From positions 977 to 64,976 of the forward strand of contig JAZQAO010000017.1 in NCBI GenBank assembly GCA_045545295.1: a DNA stretch of 64,000 nt. The letters run 5' to 3'. The position numbers were made by a program, and so were the translations under genes. How positions within the stretch are numbered: the stretch's first letter is position 1; each line of letters begins with the position of its first letter. The notes beneath the pieces are model-generated. The model ran no database searches, was not told the origin of the DNA, and worked only from the letters and a program-made list of their open reading frames with translations. This DNA is from Clostridia bacterium (lineage in GTDB: Bacteria > Bacillota > Clostridia > UMGS1883). Positions 29,401 through 39,159 of this stretch are shown piece by piece.

Positions 29401-31038
29401 TCAGTGTACTATTGTACTTCCACCGATAAATTCACGAATAATTGATGTAGGCGGAATAACTTCCGGATTCATCGTTTCAAAAAACGACAACAGCTCTTTA
29501 AGGCGTATTGCCTTACTGTAGTACTCGCTGTCCTCCCCTATTGTGTTAAGGAGTTTTATCGCAGGCTCTTTAAGAACAGAAAGCTCATACACAAGGGATG
29601 AGTTAAATACCTCATCAGCTTCGCTTTCAAAGGGGAAAATATACTTTTGCTCACCTCTGCGGACACTTTTCCACAGCTTAAAGGTGTTTTCCGCAGGAGT
29701 GTTACGGAACTGTGCATCCCTGACCATTCTGCGAATAAGGCGGTTATCCGTAGGCGAAAATGCGTTGTACTCGTCAAGGCACAAGCTTGTAAGTGCACTT
29801 AAATAAATCTTATATTTATTTTTCTTGTCAACACGGCTTGTAAGAAGCTCATTAAGAGCGTGTATCCCCTCCACAATGAGAATCTGTCCCTCGTGAAGAG
29901 AAATTGTTTTCCCCTTAACTCTGTGACGAACGTTAAAATCGTACTTGGGAATTTCCACACTTTTGCCCTCTGTTAAAAGTGCAAGATGCTCGTTAAAAAG
30001 CTCATAATCTATGGATTCCACACATTCAAAATCAAAATCGCCCTTTTCATCACGGGGCATACGGTCATCATTTACATAATAATCGTCAAGGGAAATTACA
30101 ACAGGCTCAATATGGTTAATGCGAAGATGCAGACAAAGTCTGTTTGCAAAAGAGGTTTTCCCCGAGGACGACGGTCCTGCAATAAGAATAACCTTTATTC
30201 TGGGATTTTCACTGATTTTGTCTGCAATACGGCTTATTCGTTTTTCGTGAAGTCCCTCGGAAAGATTTACAATATCGGCACTCTTCCCATTTTGGATAAA
30301 GCTATTAAGGCTGAAAATATCCTCTGCCCCGATTGTAGTTATCCAGTCACGGTAGTCTTCTATCGCCTGATGTACCTTCTTTCCGGAATTAATCACCGGA
30401 ATTGTATCAACATTATAATTTGTAGGATATTTCAGAAGGAACCCGTCCTCATAAGGCATTACATCAAAATTATCTACCGACTTTATGCTGTACGCAAGGG
30501 GCTGATAGGTTATGTGGCATCTTTTTGCGGTTTCGCAGACAGAGATTTTCTCCGTTGGAAGTTTTCTTATCTCCTTTGCACGTACAACATCACCGTATTT
30601 TTCAAAAATTTCCGCAACTTCATTCCTTGAAAGCACTTTCTGATTTATTTCATTCCCGCTTTCAATCAGTTCTTTCATTTTTTCTTTTATTTTTTTTGCG
30701 GTTTCTTCCTTCGTTATATCGTTACACTCAATTTCAAAATAGGTTGATTTATTCACAGACTGTCTTATGAACACTGCACTGCAATCAGAAAGTTCTTCTA
30801 CTGCGTGCAGAAGGAGAATTATAAGAGTTTCCTTATAGATAAGATAGCCTTCGTCGTCCGAAATTTTTATTTCCTCAACAACATCACCGGTCTTAATAAC
30901 ATAATCTGCCGGTGCAATTGCATTATTTATTTTAAGTGCCAGTATCTTTTTATCCTTTTTCGCAAGCTCGCCTGCAGTTATCGCAGTTCCAGCTGTCATT
31001 CTATTTTTGTTATAGGTAATTTCAATCACTACATCCAC
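29401..31038 (-). CDS. Uridine-kinase-family nucleoside kinase with an N-terminal TGS-like extension
   Basis: 545 aa with the P-loop GPSSSGKTSF in the C-terminal half. The start is uncertain: either GTG at 31038, which abuts the hemZ stop, or GTG at 31029, which follows AGGTGG. Confidence 0.65.
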   Translation of the reverse strand: MDVVIEITYNKNRMTAGTAITAGELAKKDKKILALKINNAIAPADYVIKTGDVVEEIKISDDEGYLIYKETLIILLLHAVEELSDCSAVFIRQSVNKSTYFEIECNDITKEETAKKIKEKMKELIESGNEINQKVLSRNEVAEIFEKYGDVVRAKEIRKLPTEKISVCETAKRCHITYQPLAYSIKSVDNFDVMPYEDGFLLKYPTNYNVDTIPVINSGKKVHQAIEDYRDWITTIGAEDIFSLNSFIQNGKSADIVNLSEGLHEKRISRIADKISENPRIKVILIAGPSSSGKTSFANRLCLHLRINHIEPVVISLDDYYVNDDRMPRDEKGDFDFECVESIDYELFNEHLALLTEGKSVEIPKYDFNVRHRVKGKTISLHEGQILIVEGIHALNELLTSRVDKKNKYKIYLSALTSLCLDEYNAFSPTDNRLIRRMVRDAQFRNTPAENTFKLWKSVRRGEQKYIFPFESEADEVFNSSLVYELSVLKEPAIKLLNTIGEDSEYYSKAIRLKELLSFFETMNPEVIPPTSIIREFIGGSTIVH

Positions 31039-32457
31039 CTACTTTAAAAATTCTACTGCCTTTTTCTTTTTCTCAATTATTTCATCAATGCGTTTTATGT
31101 AATCTCCTGCTTCCTTGGGATTAAATACTCTTTCAATCAAATCACCCTTGACCATTTTTGTTGAAGCACCGCCACCAAGCGCAAAAATCGTCTGTATCTC
31201 TTCCATAATGTAGATATTATACAGACTTTCGTGACCGTCTTTTGCAAAGGCGGTATTTTCAAGATTGCCGAGGGTATTCCTCTGCTTATACATATAGTAT
31301 GGCATAAAAGCATTTTCTATGAGATAGTTGTGAGAAAAATCAACCATTTCCCCAACATGAGATGCAAACCGAAGCTTTTCAAAATCGTCTATAAGTCTTG
31401 CTGCGCGTTTCATATACATCGTATGAACGGTTACCGCATCGGGATTAAGTGAAACAACTTCTTTTACAGTTTTTTCAAAATCTTCCGGTGTTTCCTCAGG
31501 AAGTCCTGCTATAATATCTGCATTTATACTGAAAAAGTTATATTTTTTTGCCATTTCAAAGGCTTTAACCGTATCCTCCACGGTATGCTTTCTTCCAATT
31601 AAATCAAGGGTTTTCTGATTCATAGTCTGCGGGTTAATGCTTATACGGTTAACACCGTTTTCTCGAAGCACTGAAAGCATTTCATCAGAAAAGGTGTCGG
31701 GACGTCCTGCCTCAACGGTAAATTCCTTAAGGGAAGATATGTCAAAACACTCTTTAACCTTTTTAATTACTCTATCAAGAATTTCGGGGGGAAGTGTTGT
31801 AGGTGTACCGCCACCGAAATATACTGTTTCTGTTTTATATCCGAAATCTCGTGTTATTTCTGCCGTAGCCTCAATTTCTTTTACAAGGGCGTCTGCGTAA
31901 GGTTCAATGAATTTTCTGTTATGTGCCACTGCCTGAGAAATAAAGGAACAATAAGAACACCTTGTGGGACAAAAAGGCACACCCACGTAAATACTGATAC
32001 CGTTTTCAACACGGCTTTTCAGTAGCTCTGATTCTTTCTTTGCCACACCAAGGCTAAGATGTGCCTTATTCTCCGAAACAAAGTATTCGTTTTGCATAAA
32101 GGATAAAATTTCGTCTTCGGAAAATCCTTCGTCAAGCATCATTCTTGCGGTTTTTGCAGGACGTATTCCCGTAGAAATGCCCCAGGGTGTGGGCATATCG
32201 GAAAGCTTTTTGCACGCAAAAAACACCGACTTTTTAATAAGGTCGCTGAGGTCTTTTCTGACAGGTGAAAAAAGCTGCTTCTTCGCTTCTCCACAGGCTT
32301 TTTTATCGCCTATGTCAACCGTTGCAGCAGCTTCATACACATTATTATTTTCAATCAGACTTGACTGCACCGTAAAATCTGTACTTATGTCGAAAAACAG
32401 TTGAAGCACCTGTCTCACGGCGTCATCAAGTTCGTGTCCTTTTGTAATTATTTCCAT
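31039..32457 (-). CDS. hemZ: HemZ-type coproporphyrinogen dehydrogenase-like radical SAM protein
   Basis: 472 aa with the radical SAM motif CPTRCSYCSF and a HemN-like core behind a long N-terminal extension. Confidence 0.7.
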   Translation of the reverse strand: MEIITKGHELDDAVRQVLQLFFDISTDFTVQSSLIENNNVYEAAATVDIGDKKACGEAKKQLFSPVRKDLSDLIKKSVFFACKKLSDMPTPWGISTGIRPAKTARMMLDEGFSEDEILSFMQNEYFVSENKAHLSLGVAKKESELLKSRVENGISIYVGVPFCPTRCSYCSFISQAVAHNRKFIEPYADALVKEIEATAEITRDFGYKTETVYFGGGTPTTLPPEILDRVIKKVKECFDISSLKEFTVEAGRPDTFSDEMLSVLRENGVNRISINPQTMNQKTLDLIGRKHTVEDTVKAFEMAKKYNFFSINADIIAGLPEETPEDFEKTVKEVVSLNPDAVTVHTMYMKRAARLIDDFEKLRFASHVGEMVDFSHNYLIENAFMPYYMYKQRNTLGNLENTAFAKDGHESLYNIYIMEEIQTIFALGGGASTKMVKGDLIERVFNPKEAGDYIKRIDEIIEKKKKAVEFLK

Positions 32458-32461
32458 AAAA

Positions 32462-33088
32462 TCATCTCATCATTACGTGATTTATTATGTAGGGGTTATA
32501 TGCCTTCTCATCACCTATGGTAGTTGCTGAGCCGTGTCCGGGATAAACAACTATGTCATCACTAAAGTTATCTATAAGATACTTAAGCGATTTTAACTCC
32601 GTCCTGAGGTCGCCTCTGTCAAACCTGCCTATCGAGCCGGCAAACAGTAAATCTCCACTGAAAAGGTACTCTCCGCACTCGATACACACACCTCCCGCAC
32701 TGTGCCCCGGAGTGTGGTGGATTTTAAGCTTATTGGTACCAAGTTCAATAACATCACCGCTGTCATAATAAAAATCGGCCTTACAATGCTTTACTTTTGC
32801 ATTTGAAAATTCAGCAAGATTCTTAATATTGTCATCAAGCATTATCTCATCATCTTTATGCACATAAACCTTTGCACCTGTTTTTTCTGCAATATCCGAC
32901 ACTGCACCGATATGGTCAAAATGACCGTGTGTAAGAAGAATTTTTATTATTTTACAATTTTCTTTTTCTGCTGCTGCTATTATTTTTTCATATTCGTCAC
33001 CGGGGTCAATGACAATTGCCTCGCCACCCTCTGCAAGAAGGTAGCAATTTACCTCTAATTCCCCTACTACTATAGTCTGTAATTTCAT
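32462..33088 (-). CDS. MBL-fold metallo-hydrolase (glyoxalase II-like)
   Basis: 208 aa with the THGHFDH motif and the later HTPGHS and GH motifs. Confidence 0.85.
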   Translation of the reverse strand: MKLQTIVVGELEVNCYLLAEGGEAIVIDPGDEYEKIIAAAEKENCKIIKILLTHGHFDHIGAVSDIAEKTGAKVYVHKDDEIMLDDNIKNLAEFSNAKVKHCKADFYYDSGDVIELGTNKLKIHHTPGHSAGGVCIECGEYLFSGDLLFAGSIGRFDRGDLRTELKSLKYLIDNFSDDIVVYPGHGSATTIGDEKAYNPYIINHVMMR

Positions 33089-33106
33089 AATCTACTCCTT
33101 AAGTTG

Positions 33107-33354
33107 GTATAGGAAAAAATGCGGTTTGAACGGACAATTCGTATTATGAAAGTTCGAAATGTGAAGTCCGAAATTCGAAATGATGGAAGATTTTCTCTGC
33201 AGAGAAAATCCTTTTTAACCGTATAGGAAACTGCGTAATTCAATCGCGAACAACATTTAGCAAAAATCTACCGCCATTCCGCACTTCGCACTCCGAATTC
33301 CGCATTTAATCAATCGTCTTTTTGCTGTCCGGACGTTTTTAACATCCCCTTTAT
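33107..33354 (-). repeat. Family-1 composite element filling the relA-MBL spacer; it also contains a family-2 fragment
   Basis: The AT-type arm lies at 33152-33186. The hairpin GATTTTCTCTGCAGAGAAAATC lies at 33189-33210. A family-2 3' half lies at 33217-33262. The GC-type arm (reverse on the + strand) lies at 33271-33307. GGGGATGTTAAAAAC abuts the relA stop. Confidence 0.75.
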
Positions 33355-35523
33355 TTACTGCACTGTTCTCTTAATCTCATACACACCCGGTACTCTGTGG
33401 AGTTTTCTTATAATCGAATCAATCTGCTCCTTACTTGAAACCTCAATAGTAATGTCGATAAGCGCTGTTTTATCCTTAAGCGCTCTCGCATTTGTAGCAA
33501 GAAGATTGAGTTTTTCTTCTGACACAACGCCGATAACATCTGCAAGCACACCGTTACGATTTGTGCAGGCAATACTAAGTTCTGCGTTAAACGAAGTTGA
33601 AATACCCTCGAGCCAGTCACATTCTATCATACGGCTGCGCATATCCTCGGTAAGGCTTTCCGGCTGGATATTTATACAGTCACATCTGTGGACACTGACA
33701 CCTCTTCCTCGTGTGATAAATCCTATAATTTCGTCTCCAGGTACAGGATTACAACATTTTGAAAGCCTTACAAGGCAGTTGTCAACACCCTTAACCTCAA
33801 TACCTAAGTTTGTCTTATTTGGTTTTACTTTGCTCTGTTTGACAACAAATTCCGGAGGAAGATTTTCCTTATTCTCCGACTGATAGCTGTCTCTGAGTCT
33901 TGCTATAACCTTTGCTGCAGTAATGCCACCGAAACCAATTGCAGCATACATTTCTTCAACACCGGCAAAACCATAACGCTTAAGCATGGGATCAAGATAT
34001 TTTGGTTTAAAGTAATCTGTCTGATTAAGACCAAGTCTTCTGAATTCTGCTTCAACGGAATTTCTTCCGCGTTCAATGTTAGCCTCGCGGTTTTCTTTTT
34101 TGAACCATGAATTAATCTTACTTCTGGCTGTACTTGTTTTGACAATTTTCAGCCAGTCCATACTGGGGCCTTTGTTTGCTCCGGATGTAATGACCTCGAC
34201 AATGTCACCGTTCTGCAGTTTATAATCAAGTGGCACAATTTTTGAATTTGCCTTTGCACCCGTCATCTTATAACCGACAGCAGAATGGATGTAGAATGCA
34301 AAGTCAATAGGTGTAGACCCGGCAGGAAGCGCAATAACATCGCCCTTGGGAGTGAACACGTATACCTCATCTGCAAACATATCTATTTTAAGTGTGCGCA
34401 TAAAGTCTTCCGGATCAACAGAGTCATTCTGTATCTCTAAAAGCTTGTTCACCCAGTCAAGATTATCTGTACTGCCTGCTTTACCCTCTTTATATTTCCA
34501 ATGCGCCGCAACACCACGCTCAGCAACACGGTGCATATCCCATGTTCTTATCTGGATTTCAAAGGGTTGACCGTCAGGACCGATTACCGTTGTATGAAGG
34601 GATTGATACATATTGGGCTTGGGCATAGCTATATAGTCCTTAAAACGCCCCGGAATAGGTTTATACTCCTCATGAACAATACCTAAGACTGCGTAACATT
34701 CCGCTACTGTGTCAACAATGATTCTGACTGCAAAAAGGTCATAAATTTCATCAAGGGTCTTGTTCTGATTGTACATTTTTCTGAATATGCTGAATATATG
34801 CTTTGCTCTTGCAGAAATATGGCACTCAATATTCATTGCTTCCATCTTGTCGGCAATAACATTTCTTACGTTCTGAACGTATGCATCTCTTTCAGACTGC
34901 TTCTGTGAAAGTCCGTCTACAATTTCGTAATATGCCACGCTGTCAAGATATTTAAGAGACAAATCCTCAAGCTCAATTTTTATTTTTGAAATACCCAGAC
35001 GGTACGCAAGCGGAGCATACACATCAAGGGTTTCCTTTGCTTTTTCAAGCTGTTTTTCAGGTTTCATGTGCTTAAGCGTACGCATATTGTGAAGTCTGTC
35101 TGCGAGCTTGATAAGGACAACACGGATATCCTCTGCCATAGCAAAGAACATCTTACGAAGGTTTTCTATATGAGCTTCTTCCTTTGAAATAACCTTGATT
35201 TTGTCAAGCTTTGTAACGCCCTCAACCAAAAGTGCGACCTGCTCACCAAATTCTTCCTTTATTTCATCATAGCCAACCTCTGTATCCTCTATAACATCGT
35301 GCAAAAGTCCTGCAACTATAGCTTCAGCATCAAGCTCCATATCTGCAAGTATGCACGCAACCTCATAAGGATGAACAAAATATGGTTCACCGCTGTGGCG
35401 GAGCTGATTTCCGTGCTTTTCCTTGCAAAGCTCGTATGCTTTTCTGATAAGCGCTTCATCCTCTGATGCATTTTTATTATATTTTCTAACTTTATCCATT
35501 AAGGATTCAAACGCACAAGCCAT
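33355..35523 (-). CDS. relA: Bifunctional (p)ppGpp synthetase/hydrolase RelA/SpoT
   Basis: 722 aa with an HD domain (HDVIEDT), a synthetase region (YQSLHTTV), and TGS and ACT regions. Confidence 0.95.
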   Translation of the reverse strand: MACAFESLMDKVRKYNKNASEDEALIRKAYELCKEKHGNQLRHSGEPYFVHPYEVACILADMELDAEAIVAGLLHDVIEDTEVGYDEIKEEFGEQVALLVEGVTKLDKIKVISKEEAHIENLRKMFFAMAEDIRVVLIKLADRLHNMRTLKHMKPEKQLEKAKETLDVYAPLAYRLGISKIKIELEDLSLKYLDSVAYYEIVDGLSQKQSERDAYVQNVRNVIADKMEAMNIECHISARAKHIFSIFRKMYNQNKTLDEIYDLFAVRIIVDTVAECYAVLGIVHEEYKPIPGRFKDYIAMPKPNMYQSLHTTVIGPDGQPFEIQIRTWDMHRVAERGVAAHWKYKEGKAGSTDNLDWVNKLLEIQNDSVDPEDFMRTLKIDMFADEVYVFTPKGDVIALPAGSTPIDFAFYIHSAVGYKMTGAKANSKIVPLDYKLQNGDIVEVITSGANKGPSMDWLKIVKTSTARSKINSWFKKENREANIERGRNSVEAEFRRLGLNQTDYFKPKYLDPMLKRYGFAGVEEMYAAIGFGGITAAKVIARLRDSYQSENKENLPPEFVVKQSKVKPNKTNLGIEVKGVDNCLVRLSKCCNPVPGDEIIGFITRGRGVSVHRCDCINIQPESLTEDMRSRMIECDWLEGISTSFNAELSIACTNRNGVLADVIGVVSEEKLNLLATNARALKDKTALIDITIEVSSKEQIDSIIRKLHRVPGVYEIKRTVQ

Positions 35524-35537
35524 AACGAGCCTCCCTG

Positions 35538-37550
35538 TTAAGAATATTTTTCTGTTTCTTTTTTGATTTGCTGATAAACCTCGCTCTTATCTATTGCAAC
35601 CTTTTTTCCTTTTTCATTTTCAAGTACGGTTACCTGAATAACATCACCAAGCTTGTTGTAAAGAAGAATTCCAAGGTCAGCAAAAACTCTGAGCACGTTT
35701 ATTATTTTATCACGCATAATTCTCCTACCGAACATTTCACTGAATTTTCCGGTAAGGCTGGATATTTCTCCGCTGCAGGTACCCTGCTGTTTAAAATAGC
35801 GGTACATATCCACAAAATCCTGTCTGTCCGGAAGAACATCCTCCATCGTTTTGTGGGAAATTCTGATTCCTGTCATAATTATCTGCAATCTTATCTGTCC
35901 GTTATAAAGATTGATGTTGAGTTCTCCTGCTATATCGACAACATCACCTACACAATATTCTGCCGCCAGTGACCCTGCTCCGAATGCGATTGCCTCAACA
36001 ATTCTTCCTTCACTTTCAGCAAGAATTCTGGTATGTTTTCCTTCTGAAAGAGTTTTCACATCAACAACTTTCGCTCCCATAAGTGCATATACCGGCACCT
36101 TGTTTCCGGCACCGTATGGTGCGAGCACCTCGGTTTTTCTTATTGTTGCGGCATTAATGTCCGAAACAGTTATTTTGGAATCAATAAGTAACTGAGGAAG
36201 CTTTGCCGAGGAATCCGTCTCTCTGGCAAATTCGTTAAGCCGCCTGTCAAGCTCGGGGATATACTCTTCTTTAATTGAAAAACCTGCCGCATAAGCGTGA
36301 CCACCGAATTTTTCAAGTATGTCAGAGCAGTGGCTGAGAGCATCAAAAAGGTTTATTCCTTCAACGCTTCTGCCGGAGCTCTTGCACCATTCGTCTTCTA
36401 TTGATATAAGTATGCACGTTTTATTGTAACGTTCGCAAATTCTGGATGCAACAACCCCTATAATTCCATGGTGCCAGTTGCGTTTTCCAAGAACAAGCAC
36501 TTTTTTATCCGCCAGGTCAAGATTGTTTATCATCTCAACAGCTTCTTCAAAAATAACTCTTTCCTCATTCTGTCTGTTACGGTTTTCCTCATCAAGACGC
36601 ACCGCAAGTTCCTGTGCCTCCTCAGGATCCTTTGTGAGGAGAAGGTCAACGGCAATCATCGCATTTGACATTCTGCCTGCTGCATTAAGTCTTGGTGCTA
36701 TAGAATAGCTCACAACCGCACAGTTATTCCACTTTTGTCTGAGACCAAGAGTAGAAATAACTGCTGCAAGACCGGTATTAGGATTTTTGGAAAGCTTTTC
36801 TATACCACGTGCCGCAATTACTCTGTTTTCATCACGAAGCGGAACAACATCTGCAATAGTACCAAGTGCAACAAGATCAGAATATTCATCCAAAAGTTCA
36901 TTCTCACTCTTTTCACTGGCTGCACACACAAGTTTGAATGCCACTCCTACGCCTGCAAGGTCTTTGAAAGGATATTTACAGTCAGCCCTTTTTGGGTTTA
37001 CGACTGCAATAGCTTTCGGAAGTTCTTCCTTACACTCGTGGTGGTCAGTGATTATAACATCACATCCGAGTTCTTTTGCATATTCAGTTTCTTCAACGGC
37101 AGTAATACCCGTGTCAACGCTTATAAGAAGCGTTGCACCGCTGTCATATATTTTTTTGACTGCCGTTTTATTGATGCCGTAGCCTTCATTCTGTCTGTCT
37201 GGAATATATGCGCTCGCATTTACGCCCTGTCCGCGCAGATACCTTACAAGAATTGCCGTTGAAGTAATGCCGTCAACGTCATAATCTCCGTAAACTACTA
37301 CATTTTCTTTGTTTTCTATTGCTTTTTTTATTCTTTCTACAGCCTTGTCCATGTCACACATAAGATTAGGTGAATAGAAATTTTCTGATGTTTTATCAAG
37401 GAATTTCTTTGCCTCAGCCGCATCGGTAAAGCCTCTGTTTATAAGAACCTTTGCAACAATTTTGGGAATATCAAAGATTTCGGAATAAGCTTCTGCCTGC
37501 GCTTCATTGATATTTTCATCAAGAAATACCCATTCTTTTTCAAGCATCAT
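35538..37550 (-). CDS. recJ: Single-stranded-DNA-specific exonuclease RecJ
   Basis: 670 aa with DHH motifs (GDYDVDGITS, ITDHH) and DHHA1 (GGHAYAAG). Confidence 0.93.
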   Translation of the reverse strand: MMLEKEWVFLDENINEAQAEAYSEIFDIPKIVAKVLINRGFTDAAEAKKFLDKTSENFYSPNLMCDMDKAVERIKKAIENKENVVVYGDYDVDGITSTAILVRYLRGQGVNASAYIPDRQNEGYGINKTAVKKIYDSGATLLISVDTGITAVEETEYAKELGCDVIITDHHECKEELPKAIAVVNPKRADCKYPFKDLAGVGVAFKLVCAASEKSENELLDEYSDLVALGTIADVVPLRDENRVIAARGIEKLSKNPNTGLAAVISTLGLRQKWNNCAVVSYSIAPRLNAAGRMSNAMIAVDLLLTKDPEEAQELAVRLDEENRNRQNEERVIFEEAVEMINNLDLADKKVLVLGKRNWHHGIIGVVASRICERYNKTCILISIEDEWCKSSGRSVEGINLFDALSHCSDILEKFGGHAYAAGFSIKEEYIPELDRRLNEFARETDSSAKLPQLLIDSKITVSDINAATIRKTEVLAPYGAGNKVPVYALMGAKVVDVKTLSEGKHTRILAESEGRIVEAIAFGAGSLAAEYCVGDVVDIAGELNINLYNGQIRLQIIMTGIRISHKTMEDVLPDRQDFVDMYRYFKQQGTCSGEISSLTGKFSEMFGRRIMRDKIINVLRVFADLGILLYNKLGDVIQVTVLENEKGKKVAIDKSEVYQQIKKETEKYS

Positions 37551-37676
37551 TTTCCCTTCTTTCGTTAGAGTTCAAACTCTCGACCGTTCGAGTAACTATA
37601 ATATATTAATTATAGCACAGTATATCTTAAGTTTCAACATTTTTTTATTGTAAAGAAAAAGGTAATACAAAATAGG

Positions 37677-37716
37677 CACTGAAACAAAATGAGTGGAAAA
37701 AAAGCAAGGTTTTTCC
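37677..37716. terminator. Bidirectional intrinsic terminator
   Basis: AAAATGAGTGGAAAAA-AAGCAAGG-TTTTTCCACTCATTTT lies just downstream of the minus-strand gene that ends at 37731. Confidence 0.7.
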
Positions 37717-37730
37717 ACTCATTTTTAAGA

Positions 37731-38714
37731 TTATTCAAACATTCTTTTTGCATTGTAAAAGAAGATTTTTTCAACATCTTCTTTACTTAAATCAAGCAAC
37801 TCTGCCGCCTGAAAAAAGCACATCAGGCTTTCCTGCATATTGTTAAGAGGCTGATATTTATAAGGACTTCCCGTTATATAGTTCATATCAACAAATCCGG
37901 GATGAAGCCCTATAAAGTTTGTTCCGAAAGAGCAGATTCTTCCAAGAGATTCCCCGTGATTATGGTCACCGCCAAACATCATTTTTTCTGCGCCAAACAT
38001 CTTTATGCAGTAGTAAATTGCCATTGTTTCCGTAGATCCGGAAAAGTCAAACCAGATATTTTTTAAATCACTGATTTTTTCAAGACTAAGTTTAAGTTTC
38101 GGCACATTATGACCCATTGCACAGTGAGCAAGAATAAGCTTTGCCTCGGGATATTTTTCACAGAAATAACGAATTTCACGGATGTTAGCCTCATCCCACA
38201 GCATATTCTGATAATGGGAAAGATGTATCATTATGGGCATCTTTCTGTCGTGGGCAAGCTCCCACATCCACTCCGGTGCAAATTCCGAAATGTCCGATTC
38301 AAGCGCATCTTCTCCGGTAGTATAAGTAAGATACGGCTTAAGCATCTTTACGGTGGGATTTTCGTCAATGATTTTCTCTGTCTGTTCACGAGTATAGTAT
38401 GGCGGAACAAGAATTCCCACGTCAAGATTGTGCTTTTTTGAAAGCTCGATTATATAGCTATTTTCATCTGCAATATCTTCGGGGGTGTGTTTGCTTTTCG
38501 GCTGCGCCATAATAAGACCGCCTGCAAGCGGACGAGGTACGTATTTTGCCATAAAATCAGCGTACTGCTCAAACGCTCTCCCCTCATACCCTTTTGCCGC
38601 TGCATATTTGCGGTTTATATGGTAATGGGCATCGTAGATTTTTTCAGGAAGTTTCTCGTCAAGATACTCCGAAAGCCATTTTTCGAATTTTTCATCGTAA
38701 ACAGTCTGTGCCAT
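37731..38714 (-). CDS. Amidohydrolase_2-like metal-dependent hydrolase (third family member in the window)
   Basis: 327 aa with YDAHYH near the N-terminus, and the IHLSH, AHCAMGH and GGDHNHG metal-ligand-like motifs. Confidence 0.6.
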   Translation of the reverse strand: MAQTVYDEKFEKWLSEYLDEKLPEKIYDAHYHINRKYAAAKGYEGRAFEQYADFMAKYVPRPLAGGLIMAQPKSKHTPEDIADENSYIIELSKKHNLDVGILVPPYYTREQTEKIIDENPTVKMLKPYLTYTTGEDALESDISEFAPEWMWELAHDRKMPIMIHLSHYQNMLWDEANIREIRYFCEKYPEAKLILAHCAMGHNVPKLKLSLEKISDLKNIWFDFSGSTETMAIYYCIKMFGAEKMMFGGDHNHGESLGRICSFGTNFIGLHPGFVDMNYITGSPYKYQPLNNMQESLMCFFQAAELLDLSKEDVEKIFFYNAKRMFE

Positions 38715-38782
38715 AATATCACCTTTTTAAATTGGGGCTGTAAAAATTACAGCCCCATATTTTTAATATTCTGAATCATAAA

Positions 38783-39159
38783 TAATTCGAAATGTGAAGT
38801 TCGAAATTCGAAATGATGGACGATTTTCTCTTCAGAGAAAATCTTTTTTTCAAATTTGTCTTCATTTAAATGTTCACTTCGCATTCCGCACTCCGAATTC
38901 CGCATTTATTTTAACATTCCGAATCAGAGGGATAGGAAAAAATGTTCAGAACGGACGAACTGAACCCGCAGGGGGTACCCGAAGGCGTATGTGGATACGC
39001 CGAGAGGTGAAGTTCGTTCGTAGCAAAGGTCATAATTTTTGAAATTCGTGAAACGAATTTCTACCACAAACAAGAAAAGCAGTGTTGTTTCCTCACTTAT
39101 TGAAAGGAACTCTTGTTTCATCTTGACCTTTGCGGTCTGGGCATTTTTAACATCCCGAA
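38783..39159 (-). repeat. Family-1 composite element(s), the largest copy, with an extra GC-rich multi-hairpin insert
   Basis: The AT arm lies at 38783-38820. The hairpin GATTTTCTCTTCAGAGAAAATC plus T7 lies at 38822-38850. The GC arm (reverse on the + strand) lies at 38872-38907. TTTTAACATTCCGAAT lies at 38910-38925 and TTTTTAACATCCCGAAT at 39144-39160. The unique insert lies at about 38950-39030. Confidence 0.75.

Noticed and set aside
38950-39030. tRNA-like or tmRNA-like gene suggested by GGGTTCAGTTCG (T-loop-like) and an outer stem.
   Set aside because: I could not draw a cloverleaf with a 7-bp acceptor stem, D arm and anticodon arm. There is no CCA-proximal acceptor pairing, and the length and spacing are wrong.
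38794-39121. ORFs inside repeat-filled spacers: 38794-39042(+), 38924-39121(-), 15655-15882(+), and the 21388-21501 N-terminal extension of the HydE-MnmA ORF.
   Set aside because: They are composed of family-1 repeat arms and hairpins and lack an SD. Their frames are not conserved between repeat copies. For 21388, a better start with an SD exists at 21502.
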